From Calothrix sp. NIES-2098 (GTDB lineage Bacteria > Cyanobacteriota > Cyanobacteriia > Cyanobacteriales > Nostocaceae), in contig AP018172.1 of assembly GCA_002368175.1 (NCBI GenBank), forward strand, positions 285,599 to 349,598: a DNA stretch of 64,000 bases, in the 5' to 3' direction. Below the pieces are notes generated by a model. The model had not been told where the DNA came from. It was given only the letters and a program-made list of their open reading frames with translations, and did no database searches. This document shows, in pieces, positions 11,207 to 21,726 of the stretch. Each line of letters starts with the position of its first letter. The stretch's first letter is position 1. The translations under genes and the position numbers were made by a program.

Positions 11207-12738
11207 ATCGCGCACACCTCCACCCAAAAACAGCCTATCCAGACAGTGTAATTATTTCGATTTTTCTCTGTCTGCTGACATTAGTGGGCTTCTTGCAAAC
11301 TACCAACCAATTTCTCCATTGGTTTCTCATTCCCGTGACATTATGTGGAATTTTAATTTGTATTGACGCTGTTGAATGGTTCCGGGGGCGGTTAGATATC
11401 TTCTCCCCCGTGGGCGTTATGGGTTTATTAGGTCTGCATTTCTTCTTCTTAGCGCCTCTACTTCACGTCAGTTATGACTATTGGCTAGGTGGCGATCTAA
11501 CGCCACCTCCAGACTGGCGGCCTTGGGTTGGTGGCATGGCTACTCTGAATTTATTAGGTATTTTACTCTATCGCATTTCTCGGAATGGGAATTCAAACCC
11601 TGCCAAGCATCAATCAAGTAAGACAATTTGGACGATCGATCGACAACGTTTTCCTTTTGTTGTTGGTGCTGCCCTAATTATTTGTTGTGTTTTACAGGTA
11701 GTGGTTTACATCCAGTATGGAGGGTTAATTGGCTATATCAATGCTTTTGCAGATAAAGAAACTGAAGCTGGTGTAGGTCAAGGCTGGCTATTGATGATTT
11801 GCGAAAGCTTTCCCAATTTAGCCATGATGGCATTTACGGTCTATGCCCGCGATAAAAAAAGATTGCAATCGTGGCCTGTATTGATAACTGTTTTAATCGT
11901 CTTCTTTTTCGTCAAATTACTATTTGGCGGACTTCGTGGCAGCCGCAGTAATACAGTATGGGCATTATTTTGGGCGGCAGGAATGATTCATTTCTGGCTC
12001 AAGAAAATTAGTAAAAAACAAATCTTAATTAGTTTAGTATTTTTAATATTATTTATGTACTTTTATGGTTTCTTAAAATCAGGAGGAATTGAAGGAGTTC
12101 AAACAGCTTTACAAGGACAAGAAGCTCGTCAAGAATATGTCGCAGAAAAAGGCAGAGATTGGGAAACTTTAGTATTTGGAGATTTAGGAAGAACTGATAT
12201 TCATGCTTATATGCTTTACCGGATAATGCGCCATGATAGCGATTACGAATATGCATGGGGTAGAACTTATTTTGCTGCCTTTACTATTCTCATTCCAGGG
12301 CAACTTTGGCCTTTTCCAGAAAAGCCACCTAATAAATCTAAGGAAGGAACAGAACTGCTTTATGGAAAGGGTTCCTTTATTCCTAAAGTATGGGTATCTT
12401 CTAGGGTTTACGGAATTGCAGGCGAAACAATGCTCAACTTTGGCCCCTATGCTGTTCCCTTTGGATATATAGCGCTTGGCTTAATTGTGGGAGCTATTCA
12501 ACGTTCGATGATGAGTTTTTCGCGATTCGATACTCGCTTACTTTTGATGCCAATGCTCATCAATTTTAGTTTTACAATTTTGATCGGCGATCTAGATAAT
12601 CTTATATATTTTTTAGTAACAGTAGGAGGTGTTCCTTCCTTAGTACTTTTTGTCAGTTCTAAAAAGCAATTAATGGGAAATTTAGACAGTAATTATCTGA
12701 GCTTCGATCGAGTAATAAAATTGAAAGGTAGTAGATAA
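11203..12738 (+). CDS. wzy: Wzy-like O-antigen/EPS polymerase (polytopic membrane protein)
   Basis: 511 aa, 10 or more TM segments with a large loop. ATGA overlap with the upstream GT4 gene, preceded by a GGAGG ribosome-binding site. Position inside the Wzx/Wzy cluster. Confidence 0.5.
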   Translation: MNRAHLHPKTAYPDSVIISIFLCLLTLVGFLQTTNQFLHWFLIPVTLCGILICIDAVEWFRGRLDIFSPVGVMGLLGLHFFFLAPLLHVSYDYWLGGDLTPPPDWRPWVGGMATLNLLGILLYRISRNGNSNPAKHQSSKTIWTIDRQRFPFVVGAALIICCVLQVVVYIQYGGLIGYINAFADKETEAGVGQGWLLMICESFPNLAMMAFTVYARDKKRLQSWPVLITVLIVFFFVKLLFGGLRGSRSNTVWALFWAAGMIHFWLKKISKKQILISLVFLILFMYFYGFLKSGGIEGVQTALQGQEARQEYVAEKGRDWETLVFGDLGRTDIHAYMLYRIMRHDSDYEYAWGRTYFAAFTILIPGQLWPFPEKPPNKSKEGTELLYGKGSFIPKVWVSSRVYGIAGETMLNFGPYAVPFGYIALGLIVGAIQRSMMSFSRFDTRLLLMPMLINFSFTILIGDLDNLIYFLVTVGGVPSLVLFVSSKKQLMGNLDSNYLSFDRVIKLKGSR

Positions 12739-12890
12739 ATTTCTATGTCTACTGTTAGTAAGTTTAATAATAAATAGCAAAAATTTATAGGCTGTCTTCT
12801 TTATAGTTACTTTGTTCTAGTGTTTTGAAACTTCTCTATAAGTATGAGGTAGCGGTAGAAACTAAATAAATAAAAAGGTGGGTTAGCAAT

Positions 12891-14033
12891 ATGCCAAAAG
12901 TTCTTCATCTAATTCATAGTTTAAACAGGGGCGGAATTGAGATTTGGCTACTTTCTATGTTGCGTCAAATTCCCCGCAAGGAGTGGGAAATGGATTTTTG
13001 CTGCAAGGGGCAAGATGTAGGCCCACTAGCAGGAATTGCCGAACAATTAGGTGCACAGGTGTTGCACTGTCAATTAAGTTTTGCTCATGTTGGTTTCATT
13101 CAGAAACTCAAACGTATTTTAACTGAGGGAAATTACCAGATCCTGCACAACCATTTAGAAGCTTACAGCGGTCTTGCTGTTTGGCTAGGTCGTCAATTAG
13201 GAATTCCCGTCATTACTTCTTTTCACAACACGAATTTTTTTACTCCCCAAACGCCGTTAACTCGCACTTTCTTGATTCGGGAATTGCGGTCAGTTTACGC
13301 GATGGTTAGCGTTCGCTATGCACTTCACCATTCTCATCTGGTGACAGGTTGTTCTCAGGGAGTAATTAACAGTCTGGCTACGTTTGAGAAAAATATTCAA
13401 ATTCCTTATCGCATTTTGTATTATGGTGTGAATATTCCGGAGCTATCAACTCCTGAAGAATGTGCTGAGTTACGCCGTTCCTTTGGTTGGCCTGGAGATA
13501 CGCCGCTTCTGCTGCATGTAGGGCGTTTGATAGAGCAGAAAAATCACCTAGGACTTTTGTCTATATTTGAGCGAGTTTTAGAACAGATTCCTAACGCAAA
13601 ATTGCTGTTAGTAGGAGAAGGGCCTCTTCAAAGTTTAATTGAGGAAACTATAGCTAAACGTGGGCTGGAAAATGCAGTTCGATTACTAGGGCTGCGTGAC
13701 GATGTACCCTCATTGATGAGCAAGTCTAATGTTTTTTTACTACCCTCTTTTCATGAAGGGTTGCCAGTAGTCTCTCTGGAAGCTAGTGCTGCTGGACTGC
13801 CAATTGTCGGCTCAAAAATACCCGGTTTGATAGAAGCAGTTCGCGATCGCGAAACGGCGATATTGCACGATGTAGAAGATATTGATGGCATGGCTAAATC
13901 TACCATTGAAATTCTCCGCGATCGCCAGTATGCCGAGCAACTTGCTCATGCGGGGCGAACTCGGATAATCAATAACTTTTCAATTGAGAATAGTGCCAAA
14001 GGACTAACAGAGATTTACAAATCTTTTGTCTAG
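12891..14033 (+). CDS. glycosyltransferase family 4
   Basis: MPKVLHLIHSLNRGGIEIWL at the N-terminus and EGLPVVSLEASAAGLPIVGS near the C-terminus. Confidence 0.8.
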   Translation: MPKVLHLIHSLNRGGIEIWLLSMLRQIPRKEWEMDFCCKGQDVGPLAGIAEQLGAQVLHCQLSFAHVGFIQKLKRILTEGNYQILHNHLEAYSGLAVWLGRQLGIPVITSFHNTNFFTPQTPLTRTFLIRELRSVYAMVSVRYALHHSHLVTGCSQGVINSLATFEKNIQIPYRILYYGVNIPELSTPEECAELRRSFGWPGDTPLLLHVGRLIEQKNHLGLLSIFERVLEQIPNAKLLLVGEGPLQSLIEETIAKRGLENAVRLLGLRDDVPSLMSKSNVFLLPSFHEGLPVVSLEASAAGLPIVGSKIPGLIEAVRDRETAILHDVEDIDGMAKSTIEILRDRQYAEQLAHAGRTRIINNFSIENSAKGLTEIYKSFV

Positions 14034-14089
14034 TTCCAAAAACCAAATGCTTTAACAAAACAGTATCAACTTTTATTAACAATATATGA

Positions 14090-15295
14090 ATGTATATGAA
14101 TGTATTAGTAACAGCTACCGCCCGATTTGCGATTACAAGTGATGGTATCCTCTGGACGCCCAATCAGTCTTTAAACTATCAATTCTGGTCTCGATATTTA
14201 GATGTCTACGATGAAGTTCATCTGTTAGTGCGTGCCAAACCACACGAATCACCGCCGCCTGGATGGAACAAAGCTTCAGGGCCAGGAATTAAGCCATTGC
14301 CAATACCCGATTATCAAGGTGCGTTGGGATTTGCCCAGAACTATACCCGCGTCAAAAAAGCTGTTCGGGCAGCACTGGTCAACGCTCAAGCTATACATAT
14401 GCGTTTACCCTGTGACATTGGTGGATTGGTTTGGCGCTGTTTAGAACCTCAAAGACCATACGGGGTTGAGGTTGTGGGCGATCCCTATGATGTCTTTGCA
14501 CCTGGTGCTTATCGGCATCCCCTCAGACCAATTTTCCGCAGATGGTTTATGCGGACATTGCAACGTCATTGTGCCCAGGCTACGGCTGCGGCATATGTCA
14601 CAGAGCATTCTTTGCAACGTCGATATCCTCCCGCAAAAGAGGCATTTTCTACTCACTTTTCGAGTATTGATTTGCCGAAGTCGGCTTTTGTGACTGCGCC
14701 GCGATCGCCGCAGCCAAATGCCAAACAATTTACTTTAGTTAGCGTGGGTACGCTGGCTCAACTGTATAAAGCACCAGATGTATTAATTAATGCCATTGAT
14801 ATCTGCGTAGAAGCGGGACTAGACCTCCGGTTGATTTGGGTGGGAGACGGCAATTATCGCAAAGAAATGCAGGCACTAGCTGAAGCTAAAGGTTTGGGTC
14901 AGCGAGTTCATTTTTGCGGTCAGTTACCTAGTAGAGATGCCGTCATTCAGCAGTTGGATCGAGCAGATCTGTTCGTATTACCCTCTCATCAAGAAGGCTT
15001 ACCAAAAGCGTTTATTGAAGCAATGGCTCGTGGGCTACCTTGCATTGGCTCGACAGTAGGTGGCATACCCGAACTCCTAGAGCCGGAGAATATGGTGCCA
15101 CCTGGCGACGTGGCTGCTTTAGCCGAGAAAATTCGCGCCGTAGTGACTGACCCAGAGCGCATGGCGCGGATGTCAGCTCGCAACCTGGAAAAAGCTCAAG
15201 AATACATAGATGAAGTTCTCCGAGCGCGGCGAATTAAGTTTTATAGCTACGTGCGCGAGAAAACAGAAGCTTGGTTATTGACCCAGAAACGTTAG
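14090..15295 (+). CDS. glycosyltransferase family 4
   Basis: PSHQEGLPKAFIEAMARGLPCIGSTVGGIPE is a classic GT4 C-terminal domain. Confidence 0.75.
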   Translation: MYMNVLVTATARFAITSDGILWTPNQSLNYQFWSRYLDVYDEVHLLVRAKPHESPPPGWNKASGPGIKPLPIPDYQGALGFAQNYTRVKKAVRAALVNAQAIHMRLPCDIGGLVWRCLEPQRPYGVEVVGDPYDVFAPGAYRHPLRPIFRRWFMRTLQRHCAQATAAAYVTEHSLQRRYPPAKEAFSTHFSSIDLPKSAFVTAPRSPQPNAKQFTLVSVGTLAQLYKAPDVLINAIDICVEAGLDLRLIWVGDGNYRKEMQALAEAKGLGQRVHFCGQLPSRDAVIQQLDRADLFVLPSHQEGLPKAFIEAMARGLPCIGSTVGGIPELLEPENMVPPGDVAALAEKIRAVVTDPERMARMSARNLEKAQEYIDEVLRARRIKFYSYVREKTEAWLLTQKR

Positions 15296-15366
15296 GAATC
15301 AAGGACAACTTAGATGATGACAATGAATCAAAAAACGGCAACCCCCAAGGAGGTGGAAGCAAATCA

Positions 15367-16542
15367 ATGAACAAACTGTTAATGGTGACAACAATTCCAG
15401 ATACCTTATGCGCTTTCCTCCTGCCTTTTTCTCAGCACTTCCGTGCCCAAGGCTGGTTGGTAGATGCAATGGCTTGTGGAATTTCTGCCAGTGCTGAGTG
15501 TGTAGAGGCTTTCGATCGCGTCTGGGATGTGCAGTGGTCGCGCAACCCGCTAGATCCGCGGAATCTACTCGTTGCGCCCCAAATCATCCAAGAGGTGATG
15601 CAGCAGCAGCAATATGACATAGTTCACGTCCACACGCCTGTAGCAGCTTTTGTGACTCGCTATGCTCTGAGGAATTTAAGAAAGCAGCTTTCAGCTCAAG
15701 TAGTCTATACTGCTCACGGCTTTCACTTCTATCGTGATGGCAAACCCTTAAGAAATGCCGCGTTCTTGGCATTGGAGAAGCTGGCAGCAAATTGGACAGA
15801 CCGTTTAGTAGTGATGAATCGTGAAGACGAGGAAGCCGCCAAGCGCTACCAACTGATCTCCAGCGATCGCATCCACTATATGCCAGGTGTGGGGGTAGAT
15901 TTGCAGTATTACAATCCTGAGGCTATTTCACAGGCGGAAGTAGAAAGAGTGCGCCGGGAATTAGGTTTAGCACCAGAGACTCAACTGTTGCTGTCAGTGG
16001 CTGAGTTCATACCCCGCAAACATCCTCAAGATGTTTTAAGAGCATTTGCTCGCCTCGGTCGGTCTGATGTCTGCTTGGCTTTTGCCGGAGATGGGCCGCT
16101 AATGGCAGAAGTGCAAGAGTTAGCAACTCAACTAGGGGTACAAAATCAAGTTCGCTTTTTAGGATTCCGCAAAGATATTCCCACGTTAATGCGGGCGGCG
16201 ACAGCTACTGTGCTGGCTTCCGAACAAGAGGGACTGCCAAGAAGTGTCATGGAGTCTATGTGTCTGGAAGTTCCAGTCATTGGGGCATCTATTCGGGGAA
16301 TTGAAGACTTGTTGGCAGAAGACTGTGGGCTGCTGGTAAAAGTCGGAGATATCGCCGGATTTACAAAAGCGATCGCTTGGGTATTAGAGCATTCACAAGA
16401 GGCTCGCCTGATGGGCCAGCGCGGACGAAAACGTATGGCTAACTACGATCTCCGCCAGGTTATTAAGCTGCACGAAGCTTTGTATGCAAAGGCGACATTC
16501 ACAGAGCCTGTAGTAACAAAAGCATCTTTGGCTGTTAAGTGA
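15367..16542 (+). CDS. glycosyltransferase family 4
   Basis: EQEGLPRSVMESMCLEVPVIGASIRG GT4 motif. The start is moved to ATG 15367 (MNKLLMV), which sits directly after AAGGAGGTGG; the 15271 start would overlap the upstream gene. Confidence 0.75.
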   Translation: MNKLLMVTTIPDTLCAFLLPFSQHFRAQGWLVDAMACGISASAECVEAFDRVWDVQWSRNPLDPRNLLVAPQIIQEVMQQQQYDIVHVHTPVAAFVTRYALRNLRKQLSAQVVYTAHGFHFYRDGKPLRNAAFLALEKLAANWTDRLVVMNREDEEAAKRYQLISSDRIHYMPGVGVDLQYYNPEAISQAEVERVRRELGLAPETQLLLSVAEFIPRKHPQDVLRAFARLGRSDVCLAFAGDGPLMAEVQELATQLGVQNQVRFLGFRKDIPTLMRAATATVLASEQEGLPRSVMESMCLEVPVIGASIRGIEDLLAEDCGLLVKVGDIAGFTKAIAWVLEHSQEARLMGQRGRKRMANYDLRQVIKLHEALYAKATFTEPVVTKASLAVK

Positions 16543-16618
16543 TTGCTACTGCTCGCTTGATTGGAATAGGACTTAACGATTAACTACTTTTATTTTTGCT
16601 GACAAAAAGGATGTATCT

Positions 16619-17263
16619 ATGATTACTGAGAATTTTCAAGGTGTTGATTCTACTGACTATAGTAGATTAATCAAATTTGTATTAGATAAAGTTGTAGCGG
16701 CGATCGCGCTCATTCTGTGCCTACCTGTAATTGTAATTGTGGCGATCGCTATTTACTACCGCATGGGTAGTCCTGTGATTTTTGCCCAACCTCGTCCCGG
16801 TCAAAACGGACGTATTTTTAAATTCTACAAGTTTCGCACTATGACCAATGAGCGCGATGCTAACGGTAATCTTTTACCCGATGCAAAACGCCTCACATCT
16901 TTCGGTAAATTTCTGCGAAAAACCAGTTTAGATGAACTTCCCCAACTGTTGAATGTTCTCAAGGGTGACATGAGTTTCGTTGGCCCGCGTCCTTTAATGG
17001 TCAAGTATCTTGACCGCTACACACCCGAACAAGCCCGCCGTCATGAAGTCAAGCCTGGGATTACCGGTTGGGCACAAGTTAACGGTCGCAATTCTATTTC
17101 TTGGCAAGAGCGATTCAAACTAGATATTTGGTATATCGATAATTGGAGTTGGTGGCTTGATTTAAAAATACTGTTTTTGACGGTATGGAAAGTACTTAAA
17201 AAAGAAGGAATTAGCCACGCTAATCATGACACCACGATGGAAGAATTTATGGGGAATAATTAA
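16619..17263 (+). CDS. initiating sugar transferase (bacterial sugar transferase / monotopic phosphoglycosyl transferase, WbaP/PglC-like)
   Basis: 214 aa with a single N-terminal TM helix. FVGPRPLM and [12 protein letters not shown] motifs. Confidence 0.8.
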   Translation: MITENFQGVDSTDYSRLIKFVLDKVVAAIALILCLPVIVIVAIAIYYRMGSPVIFAQPRPGQNGRIFKFYKFRTMTNERDANGNLLPDAKRLTSFGKFLRKTSLDELPQLLNVLKGDMSFVGPRPLMVKYLDRYTPEQARRHEVKPGITGWAQVNGRNSISWQERFKLDIWYIDNWSWWLDLKILFLTVWKVLKKEGISHANHDTTMEEFMGNN

Positions 17264-17405
17264 TTAGTCTCCACGGAAACCTGAAGTATGAGGTATTAAT
17301 TTATCTTTTCCACTTCATACTTCTTTATTCAAGAAAATTCTGGAATGAAGGCAAAAGAAAATAGAGGCATTTCTCAACAAACTTTTGCTCAAGCGTTTGC
17401 AGGCA

Positions 17406-18677
17406 ATGTTACATATAGTTTCAAAAAATAATTTTAAAATGACACTTACTTGGCAAACATTACAAAATTTAGAGCAAGAATACGGAGACTCTTTTTTTAT
17501 TCTGGATCTCAGACAATTTGAAAATAACTATAAAGACTTTCTTGAGAGTTTCCGCGCAATTTATCCAAATACCAACATAGGATATTCTTATAAAACTAAC
17601 TACATTCCCAAATTATGCCAAACGGTGCATTCTATGGGAGGGTATGCCGAAGTTGTTTCCCAAATGGAGTATGATTTAGCGATCGCTATCGGCGTACCAG
17701 CAAGCAGAATTATTTTTAACGGGCCGTTGAAGCAGCAACAAGATATTGAAAACGCTATCTTAGCTGGTTCTACAGTCAACTTGGACTGTTTAGAAGAAGT
17801 TGAAATAGTTACAGCTTTAGCACAAAGATTACCAGAAAAGCAGATAGCTGTAGGCTTGAGATGTAATTTTGATATCGGTGAGCATCGGATATCTCGATTT
17901 GGGTTTGATGTTGCAGCAGGCGAACTCGATCGTGCTTTTAAACGACTCACAGAATTCCAGAATTGTACTGTTGATGGGCTACATTGCCACATTTCTACAT
18001 CATCAAGAAGCACAGAATCCTATGCGCGTCGTACTCAGAAAATTTTGGAATTAACTGACTATTATTTTCAGGATAAACAACCAAGATTTATTGATATCGG
18101 TGGTGGTTTCTTTGGCAAAATGACTGAAGATTTAAGAAGTCAATTTGATTTTTATATTCCCAATTATCAGGAATACGCCGCAGCTGTTGCACCTCAATTA
18201 AAAAGCAGATATCCCGGTAACTCTGGCCCCGAACTAATTATTGAGCCAGGAGTAGCGATTGTTTCCGATGTGTTGAAATTTGCAGCTAAAGTCGTAGGCT
18301 TAAAAACAGTGCGATCGCGCCAAATCGCCCTAGTAGTTGGTAGCATCCACAACGTCAAGCCAACCGGAACCGATAAAACTCTGTCTTTCAAAATTTATCA
18401 AAACGATGAAAATAACAATAAAAAACTTGTAGGGACAGTGGACATAGTTGGATATACTTGTATGGAACATGATTGTTTATACAAGGAATATTCTGGAGAA
18501 ATAGCTATAGGAGATTACGTGGTTTTTGAGAACATTGGTGCCTATACTGTAGTTTTTAAACCACCATTTATTAGACCCAATCCTCCTATTATTAGCTATG
18601 ACTCTATTCTCGACGATTATTCACTAATTAGACGGCGCGAAACTTCTCAGGATGTGTTTTCTACCTATATCCTATAA
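17406..18677 (+). CDS. PLP-dependent decarboxylase, fold type III (Orn/DAP/Arg decarboxylase family)
   Basis: YSYKTNY lysine motif, TIM-barrel region, and a C-terminal beta-domain with GDYVVFENIGAYT. The track ORF begins at TTG 17385; ATG 17406 or 17439 is more plausible. Confidence 0.65.
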   Translation: MLHIVSKNNFKMTLTWQTLQNLEQEYGDSFFILDLRQFENNYKDFLESFRAIYPNTNIGYSYKTNYIPKLCQTVHSMGGYAEVVSQMEYDLAIAIGVPASRIIFNGPLKQQQDIENAILAGSTVNLDCLEEVEIVTALAQRLPEKQIAVGLRCNFDIGEHRISRFGFDVAAGELDRAFKRLTEFQNCTVDGLHCHISTSSRSTESYARRTQKILELTDYYFQDKQPRFIDIGGGFFGKMTEDLRSQFDFYIPNYQEYAAAVAPQLKSRYPGNSGPELIIEPGVAIVSDVLKFAAKVVGLKTVRSRQIALVVGSIHNVKPTGTDKTLSFKIYQNDENNNKKLVGTVDIVGYTCMEHDCLYKEYSGEIAIGDYVVFENIGAYTVVFKPPFIRPNPPIISYDSILDDYSLIRRRETSQDVFSTYIL

Positions 18678-18693
18678 GAGGTAAAAACTTGCT

Positions 18694-19707
18694 ATGAATG
18701 TCATATTAACTTGTGCAGGACGACGCAACTATCTGTTGAAATCCTTTCAAGAAGCACTAGGAAATCGCGGACAAGTATTTGCTGTTGATTCTAGTCTAGA
18801 AGCGCCAGCTTTACAAGAAGCAGATGAAGGTATTTTGTTACCGCCTATTTATCACAGCGATTACTTTGAGAGGTTATTAGATATCTGTCAGCAAAAACAG
18901 ATACGTTTGTTAGTGCCGCTGAACGATTTAGAATTACCCTACTTAGCAAAACAACGCGAGCTATTTCTGAAAATAGGCACTATTCCAGTTGTTTCTTCTC
19001 CAGAGGTTATAGAAATTTGTTTTGATAAGTTTGCTACTTTTCGATTTTTAGAGAATAACGATATTTCTTCGCCAAAAACTTATGTTTCTCTCAGCGCAGC
19101 CCAAGCAGCCATTCAAAGAGGAGAAATAACCTTTCCTTTAGTAGTCAAACCTCGCTGGGGGAGTGCATCAATTGGCATTGAATATCCAGAGGATCGTGAA
19201 GAATTAGAATTAGCTTATCGCTATGTAGCAAAAAAATTACATCGCACAGTTCTTGCAGATATTAGTGCAACTGATATTGAAAATTGTATTCTAATTCAAG
19301 AGCGAGTATTAGGTGAAGAATACGGTCTAGATATCATTAATGATTTAGATGGTAACTATATCACAACTTTTGTGAAACGTAAGTTGGGTATGCGCGCAGG
19401 AGAGACCGATCGCGCAGTCACAGTTGCAAATGAAAAACTACAAACTATCGGTCAGCAACTAGCGCAGAATCTCAGTCATATTGGCAATCTTGACTGTGAT
19501 GTAATTGTGAATTCTCAAGGTTGCTACGTCTTAGAATTAAACCCCCGCTTTGGTGGAGGCTACCCATTTTCACATTGTGCTGGCGCAAATCTACCAGCAA
19601 CATTAATAGCTTGGGCCAATGGTGTAGAACCAGACCCAAGTTGGCTGATGCTTGCAGCTAATGTTATCAGTTCAAAGTGCGATCGCTTAATCGTTCATCA
19701 ACAGTAG
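18694..19707 (+). CDS. ATP-grasp domain protein (carboxylate-amine ligase)
   Basis: MNVILTCAGRRNYLLKSF pre-ATP-grasp N-domain. ATP-grasp core FPLVVKPRWGSASIGI ... LELNPRFGGG. Confidence 0.7.
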   Translation: MNVILTCAGRRNYLLKSFQEALGNRGQVFAVDSSLEAPALQEADEGILLPPIYHSDYFERLLDICQQKQIRLLVPLNDLELPYLAKQRELFLKIGTIPVVSSPEVIEICFDKFATFRFLENNDISSPKTYVSLSAAQAAIQRGEITFPLVVKPRWGSASIGIEYPEDREELELAYRYVAKKLHRTVLADISATDIENCILIQERVLGEEYGLDIINDLDGNYITTFVKRKLGMRAGETDRAVTVANEKLQTIGQQLAQNLSHIGNLDCDVIVNSQGCYVLELNPRFGGGYPFSHCAGANLPATLIAWANGVEPDPSWLMLAANVISSKCDRLIVHQQ

Positions 19708-19721
19708 AAGGGAGTTGTGTT

Positions 19722-20378
19722 ATGGCGCAAGTTGTGATTTTTGGTACTAGTGAGATTGCAGAAATAGTTCACTTCTATCTCACCCATGATTCTGAACATG
19801 AAGTAGTAGCATTTACTGTTGATGAAGCTTATCTTCAGGCAGATAGTTTTCATGGTCTACCACTGGTTCCCTATGAAAAACTGGAAAAGTATTATCCACC
19901 TTCTGAATATAAATTGTTCGTTGCCATTAGTTATAAAAATGTCAACAAATTGCGGGCAGAAAAATATTTAGATGCCAAAAAGCGCGGCTATAGTTTTATT
20001 ACTTATATCAGTTCTCAAGCATCTTATCACGGTACACCAGTGGGGGAAAACTCCTTCATCTTTGAACATAGCGTCATCCAACCTTTTTCTGCCATTGGTA
20101 ACAACTGTCTGCTGTTTGGTGCAAATCATGTCAGTCACCACTGCGTCATTAAAGATCATTGCTTCTTAACTTCTAATGTTGTACTTGGTGGTGGCGCAAT
20201 TATCGAAGAATACACTTTTCTCGGTTTGAATGCTACCGTCCGCAATTATATTCATATCGGCAAAGAAAATATTATTGGTGCGGGAGCAATCATTCTCAGC
20301 AATACAGAAGACCAAGCTGTTTATTCTCCTGGTGAAACTCCCAAGTTTGATGTGCCAAGTAATTTCATTCGCATTTAA
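19722..20378 (+). CDS. hexapeptide-repeat acyltransferase, NeuD/PglD family
   Basis: N-terminal Rossmann-like MAQVVIFGTS followed by left-handed beta-helix hexapeptide repeats (LGGGAIIEEYTFLGLNATV). ATG 19722 is preceded by GAAGGGAG. Confidence 0.7.
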   Translation: MAQVVIFGTSEIAEIVHFYLTHDSEHEVVAFTVDEAYLQADSFHGLPLVPYEKLEKYYPPSEYKLFVAISYKNVNKLRAEKYLDAKKRGYSFITYISSQASYHGTPVGENSFIFEHSVIQPFSAIGNNCLLFGANHVSHHCVIKDHCFLTSNVVLGGGAIIEEYTFLGLNATVRNYIHIGKENIIGAGAIILSNTEDQAVYSPGETPKFDVPSNFIRI

Positions 20379-20598
20379 CAATTTTGGCTGCAAGTTGAGA
20401 TTTTAAATCTTGATTTTCGATAGTTATTTAATATTTAAAATCTCAACCTCCTTAATTAAATCCGGCTATAGGCATAGTATTTGATTGCAAAGCTAAATAT
20501 AAATCATAAAAATTGCCTAAAACCTGTATGCGCAAGTCTGTTCTAAATCAAATTCCTCATATAGCTAGACAGAAAGCATTTCTTTGACAAGCAGTGTT

Positions 20599-21726
20599 AT
20601 GCGTATTCATTCCCTCCATCTCAAACACAAAAGGCGTAATTTCCTTCGCTTGGCTGGACTAGCAGCGGGAGCAGCAATTTCTCCCTATATTTTTTCTACT
20701 CTGAAAACATCTGGTTTTTCCCCTAACTCCGTTCTGCACACCCTGAAAACATCTGGATCGATTTTGAATGCTACTCATGCCAAGAATGCTAATGCCAAGA
20801 AAGTGGTGCCATTACCACCGCCGAATGGTGTGAGCAAAGTTGTCATAGTCTACGACGAAGATCGGGTATCGGGAACGCGCCGCGCTCTCGATTTGTTGCA
20901 ACCCAACGGTGTTCAGGGAAAAAGCATTTTCCTCAAGCCTAACTACAATACTGCCGATCCGGCTCCAGCAGCTACAGATACCAAATTATTAGAAGCTTTG
21001 GTGCAAGAGCTACAAAATGCTGGCGCAGGAAAAATTACTATCGGCGATCGCTCTGGTATGGCAGACACCCGTCAGGCGATGGAAATGAAAGGAGTTTTTA
21101 AACTGGCAGATCGCTATGGGCTAGAGGCGATCGTGTTGGATGAGTTGCCTACTGCGCAGTGGCAATACTTTTCTTCACAAGGAACTCACTGGCAAGCAGG
21201 TTTCGCCTTTGCCCGTCCCGTTCTAGAAGCAGAAGCAGTTGTCACTACCTGTTGTCTAAAAACTCATCAGCAAGCGCATTATACCCTGTGCCTAAAAAAT
21301 ACCGTAGGCATGGTAGCGAAGTATGTTCCCGGAGATCCATTTAACTATATGCGCGATCTGCATACTTCACCCCATATGCAACCGATGATCGCCGAAATTA
21401 ATGCTGTCTATCAGCCTACTTTTGTGTTGATGGATGGTGTCGAAGCTTTTGTCAACGGGGGGCCGGATTTCGGTAAGAAGGTGCCAGCAAACGTAATTTT
21501 GGCAAGTACAGATCGGATCGCTATGGATGTTGTTGCTTTAGGAATGTTGCGCTCTTTAGGCACAACAAATCACGTAGCACGAGGATCTATTTGGCAGTTA
21601 GAACAGATCCGCAGAGCGATTGAATTGGGGGTAGGGGTGTCTACAGCAGAACAAATTGAACTAGTGACTGCTGACAGTGACAGTCAAAAAATTGCCGATA
21701 AAATTCGCCAATATATATTGGCATAA
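20599..21726 (+). CDS. DUF362-domain protein with twin-arginine (Tat) signal peptide
   Basis: MRIHSLHLKHKRRNFLRLAGLAAGAA is a Tat motif; the remainder resembles DUF362. The start is taken at ATG 20599; the track ORF begins at TTG 20584. Confidence 0.5.
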   Translation: MRIHSLHLKHKRRNFLRLAGLAAGAAISPYIFSTLKTSGFSPNSVLHTLKTSGSILNATHAKNANAKKVVPLPPPNGVSKVVIVYDEDRVSGTRRALDLLQPNGVQGKSIFLKPNYNTADPAPAATDTKLLEALVQELQNAGAGKITIGDRSGMADTRQAMEMKGVFKLADRYGLEAIVLDELPTAQWQYFSSQGTHWQAGFAFARPVLEAEAVVTTCCLKTHQQAHYTLCLKNTVGMVAKYVPGDPFNYMRDLHTSPHMQPMIAEINAVYQPTFVLMDGVEAFVNGGPDFGKKVPANVILASTDRIAMDVVALGMLRSLGTTNHVARGSIWQLEQIRRAIELGVGVSTAEQIELVTADSDSQKIADKIRQYILA

